Shown piece after piece: positions 48,360 to 58,436 of a stretch of 64,000 nt of DNA; positions within the stretch are counted from its first letter, which is position 1; each line of letters starts with the position of its first letter. The stretch is taken from contig VGFT01000002.1 of the NCBI GenBank assembly GCA_016868775.1, forward strand, positions 195,830 to 259,829, given 5' to 3'. Below the pieces are notes generated by a model, which had not been told where the DNA came from, did no database searches, and saw only the letters and a program-made list of their open reading frames with translations. The position numbers were made by a program, and so were the translations under genes. The DNA comes from Bacteroidota bacterium. Its GTDB lineage: Bacteria; Bacteroidota; Bacteroidia; Chitinophagales; Chitinophagaceae.

Positions 48360-49235
48360 ATGCGTCAATTAAAAATTGCTACCCAAATTACCAACCGCGA
48401 TTCACAGGCGGTTGAGAAGTACTTACAAGAGATCTCCAAAATCTCTATGATCACGCCGGAAGAGGAGACCACCCTTGCTCAGCGGATCAAAATGGCTCAC
48501 CACAATCCGGTCGATTCACAAAGGGCCTTGGATAAGTTGGTTCAGGCCAACCTTCGTTTTGTGGTTTCCGTTGCCAAGCAATATCAGCATCAGGGACTTT
48601 CTCTCAGCGACCTGATCAACGAAGGAAATTTAGGGCTCATCAAAGCTGCTCAGCGTTTTGATGAAACGAAGGGGTTCAAATTTATCTCCTATGCTGTTTG
48701 GTGGATCCGTCAATCGATCTTACAGGCATTGGCCGAGCAGGGTCGTCTGGTCCGTCTCCCCCAAAACAAAATCGGTACCTACAACAAGGCAAACAAAGCC
48801 TACATGGCTTTTGAGCAGGAGCACGAGCGCGAGCCCTCAACCGAAGAATTAGCCGAACTGTTGGAAATGAGTGAAACCGAGATCAATAATATATTCCAGA
48901 GCAACACCCGTCACACTTCCCTGGATGCACCCGTGCACGAGGCTGAAGATGTAGCCATGGGTGACCTGTTGGAGGGAAGCGATGATACCGATGATGAGGT
49001 CATGAAGGATTCGCTGCGAAATGAGATTCGCCGCGTCTTGAAATCGCTGTCCCCCCGTGAAGCGGAGATCGTCAATGCCTACTTTGGGCTGGATGGTGAA
49101 AACGGAGTAACCATCGAGCAGATCGGCGTGAAATACGACCTCACCAAGGAACGTATTCGTCAGATTAAAGAACGCGCCATCAAGCGTCTTCAAAAAGCAC
49201 GCTACAGCTGCGCGCTGAAGGCGTATCTCGGATAA
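48360..49235 (+). CDS. rpoD: Primary RNA polymerase sigma factor (Bacteroidota SigA, no region 1.1)
   Basis: 'MRQLKI', 'ANLRFVVSVAKQY', 'DLINEGNLGL', 'FISYAVWWIRQ', 'TKERIRQI'. Confidence 0.95.
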   Translation: MRQLKIATQITNRDSQAVEKYLQEISKISMITPEEETTLAQRIKMAHHNPVDSQRALDKLVQANLRFVVSVAKQYQHQGLSLSDLINEGNLGLIKAAQRFDETKGFKFISYAVWWIRQSILQALAEQGRLVRLPQNKIGTYNKANKAYMAFEQEHEREPSTEELAELLEMSETEINNIFQSNTRHTSLDAPVHEAEDVAMGDLLEGSDDTDDEVMKDSLRNEIRRVLKSLSPREAEIVNAYFGLDGENGVTIEQIGVKYDLTKERIRQIKERAIKRLQKARYSCALKAYLG

Positions 49236-49261
49236 ATGAAAATGGGTTAGTACGTATAACG

Positions 49262-49287
49262 ATCCGGGGTTCTGCCCCGGATTTTTT
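49262..49287 (+). terminator. Intrinsic terminator after rpoD
   Basis: ATCCGGGG-TTCTG-CCCCGGAT followed by a T run. Confidence 0.85.
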
Positions 49288-49300
49288 GTAAGGGGTGTGT

Positions 49301-50188
49301 ATGCTAAAACAACAAGTTTGGTTGTGGGGAGTGGCGGTTTTGTTGATCAGCTGCGAAAAAGCGATCGACTTGAACCTGGATCGGGTTCCTCCCAAATTGG
49401 TGGTGGAAGCCACGATCGAGAACGATCAGCCTCCCCAGGTAATCCTGACTCGAAGCTTTCAATATTTTTCCGCTGTAAACTTTTCAGATCTGACAAATAC
49501 ATTTGTGCGCGGTGCGGAAGTAGAGATCTCCAATGGCCAGCGAACCCACCGCCTCAAAGAATACCGCGTGGAGCCTTTTCCGGGAATTTATTTTTTTTAT
49601 TATGGGATTGATTCGGCTCAGCTCAGCACTGCTTTCCTAGGCGCACTTAAGACCAATTACACGCTCACCATACGAAGCGGAGGAGAAGTTTTTACAGCCA
49701 GAACCCGCATTCCGGACACAACCCGTCGCATTGATTCAATTTATTGGAAACCCGCTCCGGTAGTTCTTAATGACCCCTCTAAAGTTGCGCTTATGTTGCG
49801 GGGATCTGACAAGCCGGGACTGGGGGATTATATCCAGTATTACACGAAGCAGAACCGTGACCCTTTTTATCCGGGCCTTAATTCAGTTTTTGATGATCAA
49901 TTCATTGACGGAAGTTCCTATGAAGTGCAAATCGAGCGGGGGGTGCCCAGGGGGATTGAATTGGAGGATGGATATTCTTATTTCGATCGGGGCGATACGG
50001 TGGAGTTCAAACTCTGCAACATCGATAAGGCGACTTTCGATTTTTGGCGCACGATGGAATTTTCTTACGCCAGCATCGGGAATCCTTTTTCTTCACCGAC
50101 CCGGGTTCTTTCCAATATACAAGGCAATGCACTGGGTTACTTTGGCGGATATGCGGCCCAATACCGTCGCCTCATCATTCCCCGATAA
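49301..50188 (+). CDS. DUF4249 family lipoprotein
   Basis: Lipobox 'LISC' followed by 'EKAIDL...LVVEATI', 'SNIQGNALGYF'. Confidence 0.8.
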   Translation: MLKQQVWLWGVAVLLISCEKAIDLNLDRVPPKLVVEATIENDQPPQVILTRSFQYFSAVNFSDLTNTFVRGAEVEISNGQRTHRLKEYRVEPFPGIYFFYYGIDSAQLSTAFLGALKTNYTLTIRSGGEVFTARTRIPDTTRRIDSIYWKPAPVVLNDPSKVALMLRGSDKPGLGDYIQYYTKQNRDPFYPGLNSVFDDQFIDGSSYEVQIERGVPRGIELEDGYSYFDRGDTVEFKLCNIDKATFDFWRTMEFSYASIGNPFSSPTRVLSNIQGNALGYFGGYAAQYRRLIIPR

Positions 50189-50244
50189 GACCCTCGTGCC
50201 GAGCCGAACGAATCGCTTAATTTCGCCGGAAATACGTTTGTCTC

Positions 50245-51186
50245 ATGTCAGCAACTGAGCATGTTTCCTGTTTGATCATCGGCTCCGGTCCCGCCGGCTA
50301 TACCGCAGCCATCTATGCCAGCCGGGCCGGACTCAAGCCTGTTCTATACCAGGGGATTCAGCCGGGCGGGCAACTTACCATTACTACGGAAGTTGAGAAT
50401 TATCCAGGTTATCCGGACGGTATACAAGGTCCGGATATGATGGTCCATTTTGAAAAGCAAGCTGCCCGGATGGGAACCGATATCCGATACGGGTTGGCTA
50501 CGGCAGTTGATTTTAGCGGACCCGTACACCGCATTCAAATTGATGAAGAAAAGTGGATAGAGGCTAATTCCGTGATCATCTCTACCGGAGCCAGTGCCAA
50601 ATGGCTTGGCTTGGAAAGTGAACACCGCCTCAATGGGCATGGCGTCAGTGCCTGCGCAGTTTGTGACGGATTCTTTTTTAAAGGGAAAGAAGTGGCCATT
50701 GTAGGGGCCGGAGATACGGCTGCCGAGGAGGCACTTTATTTATCCAAGATCTGTTCAAAAGTCAATATGATCGTTCGCCGTGGAGAAATGCGCGCCAGCA
50801 AGATCATGCAAGACCGGGTACTCAAAACAGCTAACATTCAGGTGTATTGGCATTCCGTTACGGAAGAAGTATTGGGCGATAAGGTCGTTTCGGGGGTTCG
50901 GATCCTGAATACCGAAACCAACCAGCACACCGAGCTTTCGGTTAGTGCCTTTTTTGTAGCCATCGGGCATCAACCCAATTCAGATATTTTCAAACCTTGG
51001 CTGGAGATGGATGAAGCGGGGTACATAAAAACCATTCCAGGCAGCTCCCGCACCAACATCGAAGGAGTATTTGCTGCCGGAGATGTGCAGGATAAAACAT
51101 ATCGACAGGCCGTCACCGCGGCCGGAAGTGGTTGCATGGCCGCGCTGGATGCCGAACGCTACTTAAGTGCCGCCGGATTTCATTGA
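50245..51186 (+). CDS. trxB: Thioredoxin-disulfide reductase
   Basis: 'IIGSGPAGYTAA', 'SACAVCDG', 'VGAGDTA', 'AAGDVQD'. Confidence 0.97.
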   Translation: MSATEHVSCLIIGSGPAGYTAAIYASRAGLKPVLYQGIQPGGQLTITTEVENYPGYPDGIQGPDMMVHFEKQAARMGTDIRYGLATAVDFSGPVHRIQIDEEKWIEANSVIISTGASAKWLGLESEHRLNGHGVSACAVCDGFFFKGKEVAIVGAGDTAAEEALYLSKICSKVNMIVRRGEMRASKIMQDRVLKTANIQVYWHSVTEEVLGDKVVSGVRILNTETNQHTELSVSAFFVAIGHQPNSDIFKPWLEMDEAGYIKTIPGSSRTNIEGVFAAGDVQDKTYRQAVTAAGSGCMAALDAERYLSAAGFH

Positions 51187-51190
51187 TTCT

Positions 51191-51553
51191 ATGAACGGAC
51201 TGATCACGCTGACCCTGCTCGACCTGCGTTTTTTTGCGTACCACGGATGGTATGCACAAGAAGCGGAAAAAGGGCAGCCATTCCTTATAAACCTATGGAT
51301 CACCTACCCGGAACCAGACACTTCAGTAGAACAACTGGATCAAACAATCGATTACACCCTCGTCTATGATCTGCTGGATGCTCAAATGAAAAAACCCCGA
51401 AAACTGTTGGAGGAATTGGCGCAATCGATCCTTTCGGAGATACACGATCAATTTCCCCGGGTTAGTGAACTCAAAATACACATTCAGAAAATTTCTCCGC
51501 CAGTAGCCGGGTTGGATGGCCGGCTGGGAATTGAATTACTCCGCAGGTATTAG
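51191..51553 (+). CDS. folB: Dihydroneopterin aldolase
   Basis: 'FFAYHGW', 'LDQTIDY', 'LLEELA', 'KISPP'. Confidence 0.9.
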   Translation: MNGLITLTLLDLRFFAYHGWYAQEAEKGQPFLINLWITYPEPDTSVEQLDQTIDYTLVYDLLDAQMKKPRKLLEELAQSILSEIHDQFPRVSELKIHIQKISPPVAGLDGRLGIELLRRY

Positions 51554-52911
51554 ATCTCTTTGTTTCGCCATCGACCCGACCGCATATACCACATGGCCGG
51601 AAGGAACATGCTTAACCAATACAGCCACTCACTCATCCAGATAATGGAGATCGACAGGTTGAAATATTCGGCGCTTAGGTATACATAGGTGCAATAACCC
51701 AAGATGGCACCGGCTTCGATGAGAAACGTGACCCGGGTGTTTCCCGATCCCGTCACCGAGTTCAGAAAAACAGTTCCGAACGACATCAATACCATCGCGC
51801 CGGTCACCACCCGCATCACTGGGATGGCCTCTGCTACAAAAGCTTTCGTCTGACCAAAGGGCAGTAAAAACAATTCAGGCCATATATTCAGCAGCAGGCA
51901 AACGATCAAGATCATACTTACGCTAAGGGTTAGGATACGGCGGATCAACAAGGGGACCTCTTCGCTGCGGCCTTGTCCAATCAGATTGCTGACCATGGTG
52001 CTGGTGGTGGTGGCAAAGGCCCAGGTCAGGCAACCCGGTAATCCGAATAAATGCCGCATCACATTGGAAACCGCCAGAGCGGTGTTGCCATGGTGTTCGA
52101 TGAGAAGAAAGAAATACTGCCAACTGATGATGCTGATCGCCGTCTGAAACATCAAAGGAGCGGATACCTCGAGAATATGTCCCACATACGTTCGATTTAA
52201 CTTTCGTTCCCGGAACAATTGAAATTGTCTACTGATGCCTCGGTTGCTGATTACCGCGTAGATGGTGATCAATCCCATCCCCTCTGCCAGAATGGAGGCG
52301 ACGGCCGCTCCGTTGAACCCCCATTCCGGAAATCCCCCCATCCCAAATATGAGGAGATAATCAAAGATCACATTCGTGCCGGCTTCCGCCAGTGTTCCAA
52401 TCGCCAGCCAACGGCTTTGATTGATTCCCACCAGTAGGGCGTTGCGAAGCTGATATATGTACAGTAGAGGCAATCCCCAGATGCGTATTTGCAAAAAGTG
52501 GATGGATTTCTCACACAGCACCGGATCGTTGAGCAGGCTGCGAAAGATGGTTGGCGTAACGGTGTAGGTGAGGGTGATGCCAAGAACCGATAGCCCGATG
52601 CCGATCCAGATCGCTTGTGTAAATAATTTTCCGATTTCGTGAGGTTGATCCTGTCCGGCTCGTCGGGCGATCAGGGTCTGAAGACCGTTGTTCAGACCGT
52701 ACCCAATGGCTGCAAAAATTAAATAATAAACGCCCGTGATCCCACCGGCAGCGATCGCCAGCGGATCTTGGCTGTAATGCCCCAGAAAGATCGTGTTGAT
52801 GAAAAAATTGATCTGCGGAATGAAGATGGCAAAGCTGATGGGCAATGCCATTTTCCAGATCTGCCGGTATGAGTTGGAAACTTGAAGGGAGTCGGTTGAG
52901 GGAGAATGCAT
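51550..52911 (-). CDS. MATE family efflux transporter
   Basis: 12 TM segments, 'WKMALPI', 'RRAGQ', 'VNVIFDYLLIFG'-like segment, 'SNLIGQG'. Confidence 0.9.
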   Translation of the reverse strand: MHSPSTDSLQVSNSYRQIWKMALPISFAIFIPQINFFINTIFLGHYSQDPLAIAAGGITGVYYLIFAAIGYGLNNGLQTLIARRAGQDQPHEIGKLFTQAIWIGIGLSVLGITLTYTVTPTIFRSLLNDPVLCEKSIHFLQIRIWGLPLLYIYQLRNALLVGINQSRWLAIGTLAEAGTNVIFDYLLIFGMGGFPEWGFNGAAVASILAEGMGLITIYAVISNRGISRQFQLFRERKLNRTYVGHILEVSAPLMFQTAISIISWQYFFLLIEHHGNTALAVSNVMRHLFGLPGCLTWAFATTTSTMVSNLIGQGRSEEVPLLIRRILTLSVSMILIVCLLLNIWPELFLLPFGQTKAFVAEAIPVMRVVTGAMVLMSFGTVFLNSVTGSGNTRVTFLIEAGAILGYCTYVYLSAEYFNLSISIIWMSEWLYWLSMFLPAMWYMRSGRWRNKEI

Positions 52912-52969
52912 GGAACGAGCGCAAACCTAGGCAATTTAATTTTGTCTATTATTGCAACAATATCAGTAC

Positions 52970-53767
52970 ATGGCTACCGATTCGTTATCATTTAATCCCT
53001 CTTGTCAGCCAGATACCTGGATCCTGCTGATTGGTCCGGATCGGTTCGCCTCCGCGGCCATCGACCCGTTTAACCGTTATGTGCTGCAGGCGGAATGTTC
53101 AACCTTGGATCTTTACTCTCCGGATTTTTTTCGCCAGCAGGCCAAAGCGATTTTCACCGACCGGGCGGAAATTCGAAAGATTCGGGTCTGCTTTCTGTTG
53201 CCTGAATGGTTTTGGACGCCTACCTCGCTGGATGCAGAAATTCCCGAAACACTGGGTCCAACTACCGGTTTTCCCGAAAAAGCTGGTCACGATTGGATTA
53301 CGGATACAAATCCATCAGCCGATGCGACGGCCTGGGTCAGAGTACCTCAGCACATCCTTCGTCAGCTTCATGAACTTACTCCCACGCTGGAGTATAAGCA
53401 CACCGCTGTTTTCTTTGCCCGCCCTAAAACAAAATCTTCAGCGCATCTGCAAATTCTTCGGATCGGTGGAGTTTGTTGGTTTTCCCTTTTCGAAGGAGAT
53501 CGCTTTCTGTATGGTCAGCCACACCCCGTTACAACTGCGGAGGATCTGCTTTACGTTGTCTCCCTGCTTGCCGATACTTACAAATTTCAAACCGGTAAAT
53601 TGGAACTGACCCTTACCGGCGAATGGTCATTGGACTCGGAATGGCTCATCCCCCTTCGCCAACGCTTTGCCTGGTTGACAACCCGCGAATCGACCTGGAA
53701 GAACCTGAGCAGCGATCGACCCGCACATTGGTTCACCCCCTTGGAGGATGTTTTTTCATGCGCATAG
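52970..53767 (+). CDS. DUF3822 family protein
   Basis: Located upstream of rsmD; 'AEDLLYVV...QTGKLELTLTGE' and terminal 'HWF' pattern. Family call is partly from context. Confidence 0.6.
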   Translation: MATDSLSFNPSCQPDTWILLIGPDRFASAAIDPFNRYVLQAECSTLDLYSPDFFRQQAKAIFTDRAEIRKIRVCFLLPEWFWTPTSLDAEIPETLGPTTGFPEKAGHDWITDTNPSADATAWVRVPQHILRQLHELTPTLEYKHTAVFFARPKTKSSAHLQILRIGGVCWFSLFEGDRFLYGQPHPVTTAEDLLYVVSLLADTYKFQTGKLELTLTGEWSLDSEWLIPLRQRFAWLTTRESTWKNLSSDRPAHWFTPLEDVFSCA

Positions 53768-54303
53768 TTAGTGGTAAATATGGGGGGAGACGATTTCACC
53801 CACCTACTCATATGCCCCATACCCGGCCTACGACCGACCTGGCAAAGGAAGGGTTGTTCAATAGTTTGCAACATCAGCTGGACTTCGAATCGTTGAAAAC
53901 ACTCGACTTGTTCGGCGGCACCGGCAGCATCAGTTATGAACTTGCTTCTCGCGGTGTGCATAATCTGACCATTGTTGAGAAAGACCCGGTCATGTATGCG
54001 TTTATCCGTAAAACATCCGATCAACTAGGGATTCAAGGGATGCAAGTGCTTAAAATGGATGTATTCAAATTTCTCGATCAATGCAATCAGCAACACGACC
54101 TGATCTTTGCCGGCCCTCCCTATGCACTTTCGCAGATCGATGACCTGCCCCGAATCATCTGGGATCGTCAATTGCTTCAGCCCGGTGGTCGTTTCATACT
54201 GGAACATACCCCTCGAAATCAATACCAATCGTTTCCCGGGTTTTCCTCTGAACGCCACTATGGAACGACGTTGTTTACCACCTTTATCCGTCCAACCGAA
54301 TAA
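53758..54303 (+). CDS. rsmD: 16S rRNA m2G966 methyltransferase
   Basis: 'MRIVSGKYGGR', 'TRPTTDLAKEGLFN', 'LDLFGGTG', 'FAGPPY', 'ILEH', 'YGTT'. Confidence 0.92.
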   Translation: MRIVSGKYGGRRFHPPTHMPHTRPTTDLAKEGLFNSLQHQLDFESLKTLDLFGGTGSISYELASRGVHNLTIVEKDPVMYAFIRKTSDQLGIQGMQVLKMDVFKFLDQCNQQHDLIFAGPPYALSQIDDLPRIIWDRQLLQPGGRFILEHTPRNQYQSFPGFSSERHYGTTLFTTFIRPTE

Positions 54304-54352
54304 CCCCTGGCGGGGATGCCTGCTTGAATGACTACCTTTGAGGTCAAGACCT

Positions 54353-55435
54353 ATGCTATTTCCGAAGATATTTTTACGCTCTTTCCGTTTATTGCTTTTC
54401 CCCGTTTCGCTGCTATACGGAATCGGGATTTTCTTACGCAACTGGATGTATGATAAAAACATACTTCGCTCGGCCTCTTTCGGATTGCCCCTGATCAGTG
54501 TGGGAAATCTGGCGGTGGGCGGAACCGGGAAATCTCCCTTTGTTCAATACTTGGTAAATCGCATCGGTGACCCGAAAACGCTGGCCGTGTTGAGTCGTGG
54601 TTATAAAAGACGTTCCAAAGGGTACCGGTTGGCGCAACCCGACTCAACCGTTGCAGAACTGGGCGATGAAGCACTCTTGTTGTATCAACGCTACCCAGAC
54701 TTATCCGTTGCAGTCTGTGAACAACGCCTACTGGCGATACCTCAATTGCTGCAAGATCGTCCGAATGTGAACTGTATTTTGTTGGATGATGCTCATCAGC
54801 ACCGATCGATCCATCCCGGTTTTCATATTCTGCTGACCGATTATCAAAACCTTTTCACCCGAGATTTTTTCATGCCTACCGGTGATTTACGGGATGAGCG
54901 CCGTAGCTACCGACGGGCAGATGTAATCGTGGTGACTAAATGTCCTGCAACAACCACGGTGCAAGAAGCTGCCGCTATTCGTCAAGAGATTGATCCCTTG
55001 CCGCATCAACAGGTTTTTTTTACCAGCCAAGTATTGGAAAAGCCCCGGCAGTGGCACAAACCACAGTATAGCCGTTCTCCCCTAAAACAAGAAGTGCTGC
55101 TGGTAACCGGTATCGCCAACCCAACGATCCTAAAATCCTGGATGGAGGAAGAAACGGCCAGCTACCATTTTCTGCCTTTTCCCGACCATCATCTTTTCAA
55201 TATAAACGATATCCGGGAGATCCGTGATCAATACAGAAAACTCCAAAACCCCGATGCTTGGATCCTGACTACTGCCAAAGACGCCGTGCGCCTCTTACCG
55301 TTTGCGCAAGAGATGCAAGATTTGCCGGTGTACGTAACCGACTATGAGCATCAATTTCTTTTTGAGGAAGAAATCATTTTCCAACAGCGCATTCAACATT
55401 TTTTATCCCAACAAAAGATACGTGCGCATGGGTAG
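54353..55435 (+). CDS. lpxK: Tetraacyldisaccharide 4'-kinase
   Basis: 'ISVGNLAVGGTGKSP', 'LSRGYKR', 'GDEAL', 'LLDDAHQH', 'TTAKDAV'. Confidence 0.95.
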   Translation: MLFPKIFLRSFRLLLFPVSLLYGIGIFLRNWMYDKNILRSASFGLPLISVGNLAVGGTGKSPFVQYLVNRIGDPKTLAVLSRGYKRRSKGYRLAQPDSTVAELGDEALLLYQRYPDLSVAVCEQRLLAIPQLLQDRPNVNCILLDDAHQHRSIHPGFHILLTDYQNLFTRDFFMPTGDLRDERRSYRRADVIVVTKCPATTTVQEAAAIRQEIDPLPHQQVFFTSQVLEKPRQWHKPQYSRSPLKQEVLLVTGIANPTILKSWMEEETASYHFLPFPDHHLFNINDIREIRDQYRKLQNPDAWILTTAKDAVRLLPFAQEMQDLPVYVTDYEHQFLFEEEIIFQQRIQHFLSQQKIRAHG

Positions 55436-57449
55436 GAAAAACAATAAACGAGTCAAACAAGCCAAACAGGCCCGTTCGCTCCCCAACGTACTGAAAGGAA
55501 CCCTGGAGATCACCCGATCCGGTGTGGGCTATGTGCGGGTAACGGGGATGGATATGGACATTTTGATTCGTCCCGGTGACTTCAACACCGCGCTTCATGG
55601 CGATCTGGTGGAAGTGGGCGTAAAGCAAATTCGCGCAGGGGGCCGTCGCATGCAAGGCACGATCCGGCGCGTGATCAAAAGAAGACGAACCGAATTCATA
55701 GGGGAATTGGAAGGAGGGAAACGGGGACTTTTCCTGATCCCCGAATACGACAAACCCATACCCGATCTGTTCATCCCCTCGTCCAAACAAAATGGAGCGG
55801 TGGCGGGCGATCGGGTATTGGTCCGTTTAATCGAATGGGAAAAAGAGGCCGGTGGACGACCCACCGGAGAAGTGATCACCCTGCTAACCCATGAGGAACC
55901 GCAGGAGATCGCCATGAAAAATATTCTACTCGATGCCGGCTTCCCCTTGGAATTTACCGACGAGGCACTTGAAGAAGCGGCCCGCATCCCGGAAACGATC
56001 GAGGAGGAAGAGGTCCTTCGCCGGCGCGATTTCCGAAAGATCTTTACCATTACCATCGATCCGGTAAATGCCCGCGATTTTGACGATGCCTTGTCGCTTC
56101 AATTTTTAGAAGGAAATTGGATCGAAGTGGGGGTGCACATTGCGGATGTCAGCCATTATCTAATTGCCGGTGGGGTGTTGGACGATGACGCCTATGAACG
56201 GGCCACTTCGGTGTATCTGCCCGACCGGGTGCTGCCCATGCTTCCTGAACATATTTCCAATGTGCTCTGCTCCCTTCGTCCCAAGGAAGATAAACTCACC
56301 TTCTCTGCGGTATTCGAGATGCACCGCGAGACCGGGCAGATCCGTAAGACCTGGCTGGGGAAAACCCTCATTCACTCCGATCATCGGTTTACCTATGAAG
56401 AAGTACAACAGATCTTGGAAACCCGGGAAGGGATCTATGTTGATCAATTGCTTTCCCTGAACCAAGTGGCCCGTCAACTGAGAGCCCAACGATTTGCCAA
56501 CGGTGCAATCAACTTTTCCTCACAGGAAGTGCGCTTCCAACTCGATGAAAAGGGAACGCCGCTCGGCATCACGATCAAAGAAAGCAAAGAGGCCCATCAG
56601 CTAATCGAAGAATATATGCTGCTCGCCAATCGGGCCGTGGCCGAGTACCTGGGAAAGGTTCGGATACAGGAAAATCCACTGCCGTTTCCGTACCGGACGC
56701 ACGACGATCCCGACCGCGATAAACTCCTGCCGTTTGTGGCCTTTGCCAAGAAATTCGGACATGGTTTTGATCTGTCCTCTCCGGAGTCCATCACCGATTC
56801 TTTCAACCAACTGTTGCAAGACGTGCAAGGGAGACCGGAACAACATGTACTGGAGCAATTGGGAATTCGAACCATGGCCAAGGCCAAGTACACCATTGAG
56901 AATATCGGGCACTACGGTCTGGGTTTCGAGCATTACTGCCATTTTACTTCGCCGATCCGACGCTACCCGGATGTATTGGTGCACCGTCAATTGTTTGAAG
57001 TGTTGAAAGGGAAACCGCAGCTCGATAATAAGATGGCCGACAAATGCCTGCATTGCAGCGAGCGGGAACGAGGGGCGATGGAGGCGGAGAGATCCTCAAA
57101 CAAATATTTGCAAGTCCGCTACATGCAGCAATTTCTTGGTCAGGAATTTGACGGCGTGATCAGCGGCGTGGCCTCTTTTGGTTTTTGGGTGGAAACGGTC
57201 GATCACAAATGCGAAGGACTGGTATCTGCCCAATCCCTTTACGCGATCGACGATTTTCGTCATGTGGAATCCGATTATTGCTTGTTGGGAACGCGAAGCG
57301 GATTGCGATTTAGTATGGGCGACAAGGTGCGCATCACGGTCATCGCTGCCAACCTGGCGAAGCGCCAGTTGGATTATGAATGGGTATCCCCTTTGTCCGC
57401 TGCTCCCAAAAAAACAAAAGCTAGAAAGCCAAAAAGCCCAAAAGGTTGA
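55428..57449 (+). CDS. rnr: Ribonuclease R
   Basis: 'TIDPVNARDFDDALS', 'VHIADVSH', 'SVYLPDRVLPMLP', 'HFTSPIRRYPD', C-terminal S1 domain. Confidence 0.96.
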   Translation: MGRKNNKRVKQAKQARSLPNVLKGTLEITRSGVGYVRVTGMDMDILIRPGDFNTALHGDLVEVGVKQIRAGGRRMQGTIRRVIKRRRTEFIGELEGGKRGLFLIPEYDKPIPDLFIPSSKQNGAVAGDRVLVRLIEWEKEAGGRPTGEVITLLTHEEPQEIAMKNILLDAGFPLEFTDEALEEAARIPETIEEEEVLRRRDFRKIFTITIDPVNARDFDDALSLQFLEGNWIEVGVHIADVSHYLIAGGVLDDDAYERATSVYLPDRVLPMLPEHISNVLCSLRPKEDKLTFSAVFEMHRETGQIRKTWLGKTLIHSDHRFTYEEVQQILETREGIYVDQLLSLNQVARQLRAQRFANGAINFSSQEVRFQLDEKGTPLGITIKESKEAHQLIEEYMLLANRAVAEYLGKVRIQENPLPFPYRTHDDPDRDKLLPFVAFAKKFGHGFDLSSPESITDSFNQLLQDVQGRPEQHVLEQLGIRTMAKAKYTIENIGHYGLGFEHYCHFTSPIRRYPDVLVHRQLFEVLKGKPQLDNKMADKCLHCSERERGAMEAERSSNKYLQVRYMQQFLGQEFDGVISGVASFGFWVETVDHKCEGLVSAQSLYAIDDFRHVESDYCLLGTRSGLRFSMGDKVRITVIAANLAKRQLDYEWVSPLSAAPKKTKARKPKSPKG

Positions 57450-57461
57450 GTATTTTGTCGC

Positions 57462-58427
57462 ATGCGCTCCTTTGAAGAACTCTCCCAACTCTTTTCCCAG
57501 CGTTTTACCTCCGATCATTTTCCGGCAACCCCTGCATCTTTATACGATCCCAACCGTACGTTTTTGCAGCTGGGCGGAAAACGAATACGCCCCGTGCTCT
57601 GTTTGATGGGGCATGAGTTGTTCGACGACATCACGGAAGAGACTTGGCAGCTTTCGATGGCCGTTGAACTGTTTCACAATTTCACCCTGATCCACGACGA
57701 CATCATGGATCAAGCTCCGCTGCGAAGAGGGTTGCCCACCGTACCTGCCCAGTACGGAGTAAACACCGCCATCCTTGCCGGTGATGTGATGCTCATCAAA
57801 TCCTATGAATACCTCAACCGGATCGGACTGGGACATTTGCCCGCGATCCTTCACCTGTTTAATCAAACGGCCCGGGAAGTATGTGAGGGACAGCAACTCG
57901 ATATGGATTTTGAAACAATGGAACAGGTCTCGCTCGATCAATACCTACGGATGATCGAATTGAAAACCTCCGTGCTGCTGGCCGCCAGTCTCCAAATGGG
58001 CGCACTGCTCGGCGGGGCCACCCAACGAAACCAGGAACGGATGTATGAATTTGGTCGGAAACTGGGACTGGCCTTTCAGGTACAAGACGATTACCTAGAT
58101 GCTTTTGGCGATCCGACCAAGTTCGGCAAACAAGTAGGGGGTGATATTCTGGCAAATAAAAAAACATTTTTATTGATTCATGCCTTGGAAACGGCCAATT
58201 CCGCACAAGCCAGCCGATTGAATCAGTTACTCAAAAATCAGCCAGAAGATAAAGTAGAGCAAGTACTTGGTCTCTACCGGGAGACTGGTGTAGATGCTTG
58301 GGCATTGGAGCTAAAACAGCGGTTTTTGAATGAATCAATGCATGCACTGGAAGACATCGCGGTTTTGTCGGCCCGCAAAAAGCCCCTGATCGAACTTGCT
58401 CAATACCTGATCCAACGCGAATTATAA
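57462..58427 (+). CDS. Polyprenyl diphosphate synthase (probably short-chain/GGPP type)
   Basis: 'GGKRIRP', FARM 'DDIMD' with Phe at -5, SARM 'QDDYLD', 'KKTFL'. Confidence 0.9.
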   Translation: MRSFEELSQLFSQRFTSDHFPATPASLYDPNRTFLQLGGKRIRPVLCLMGHELFDDITEETWQLSMAVELFHNFTLIHDDIMDQAPLRRGLPTVPAQYGVNTAILAGDVMLIKSYEYLNRIGLGHLPAILHLFNQTAREVCEGQQLDMDFETMEQVSLDQYLRMIELKTSVLLAASLQMGALLGGATQRNQERMYEFGRKLGLAFQVQDDYLDAFGDPTKFGKQVGGDILANKKTFLLIHALETANSAQASRLNQLLKNQPEDKVEQVLGLYRETGVDAWALELKQRFLNESMHALEDIAVLSARKKPLIELAQYLIQREL

Positions 58428-58436
58428 ATCAATCCC

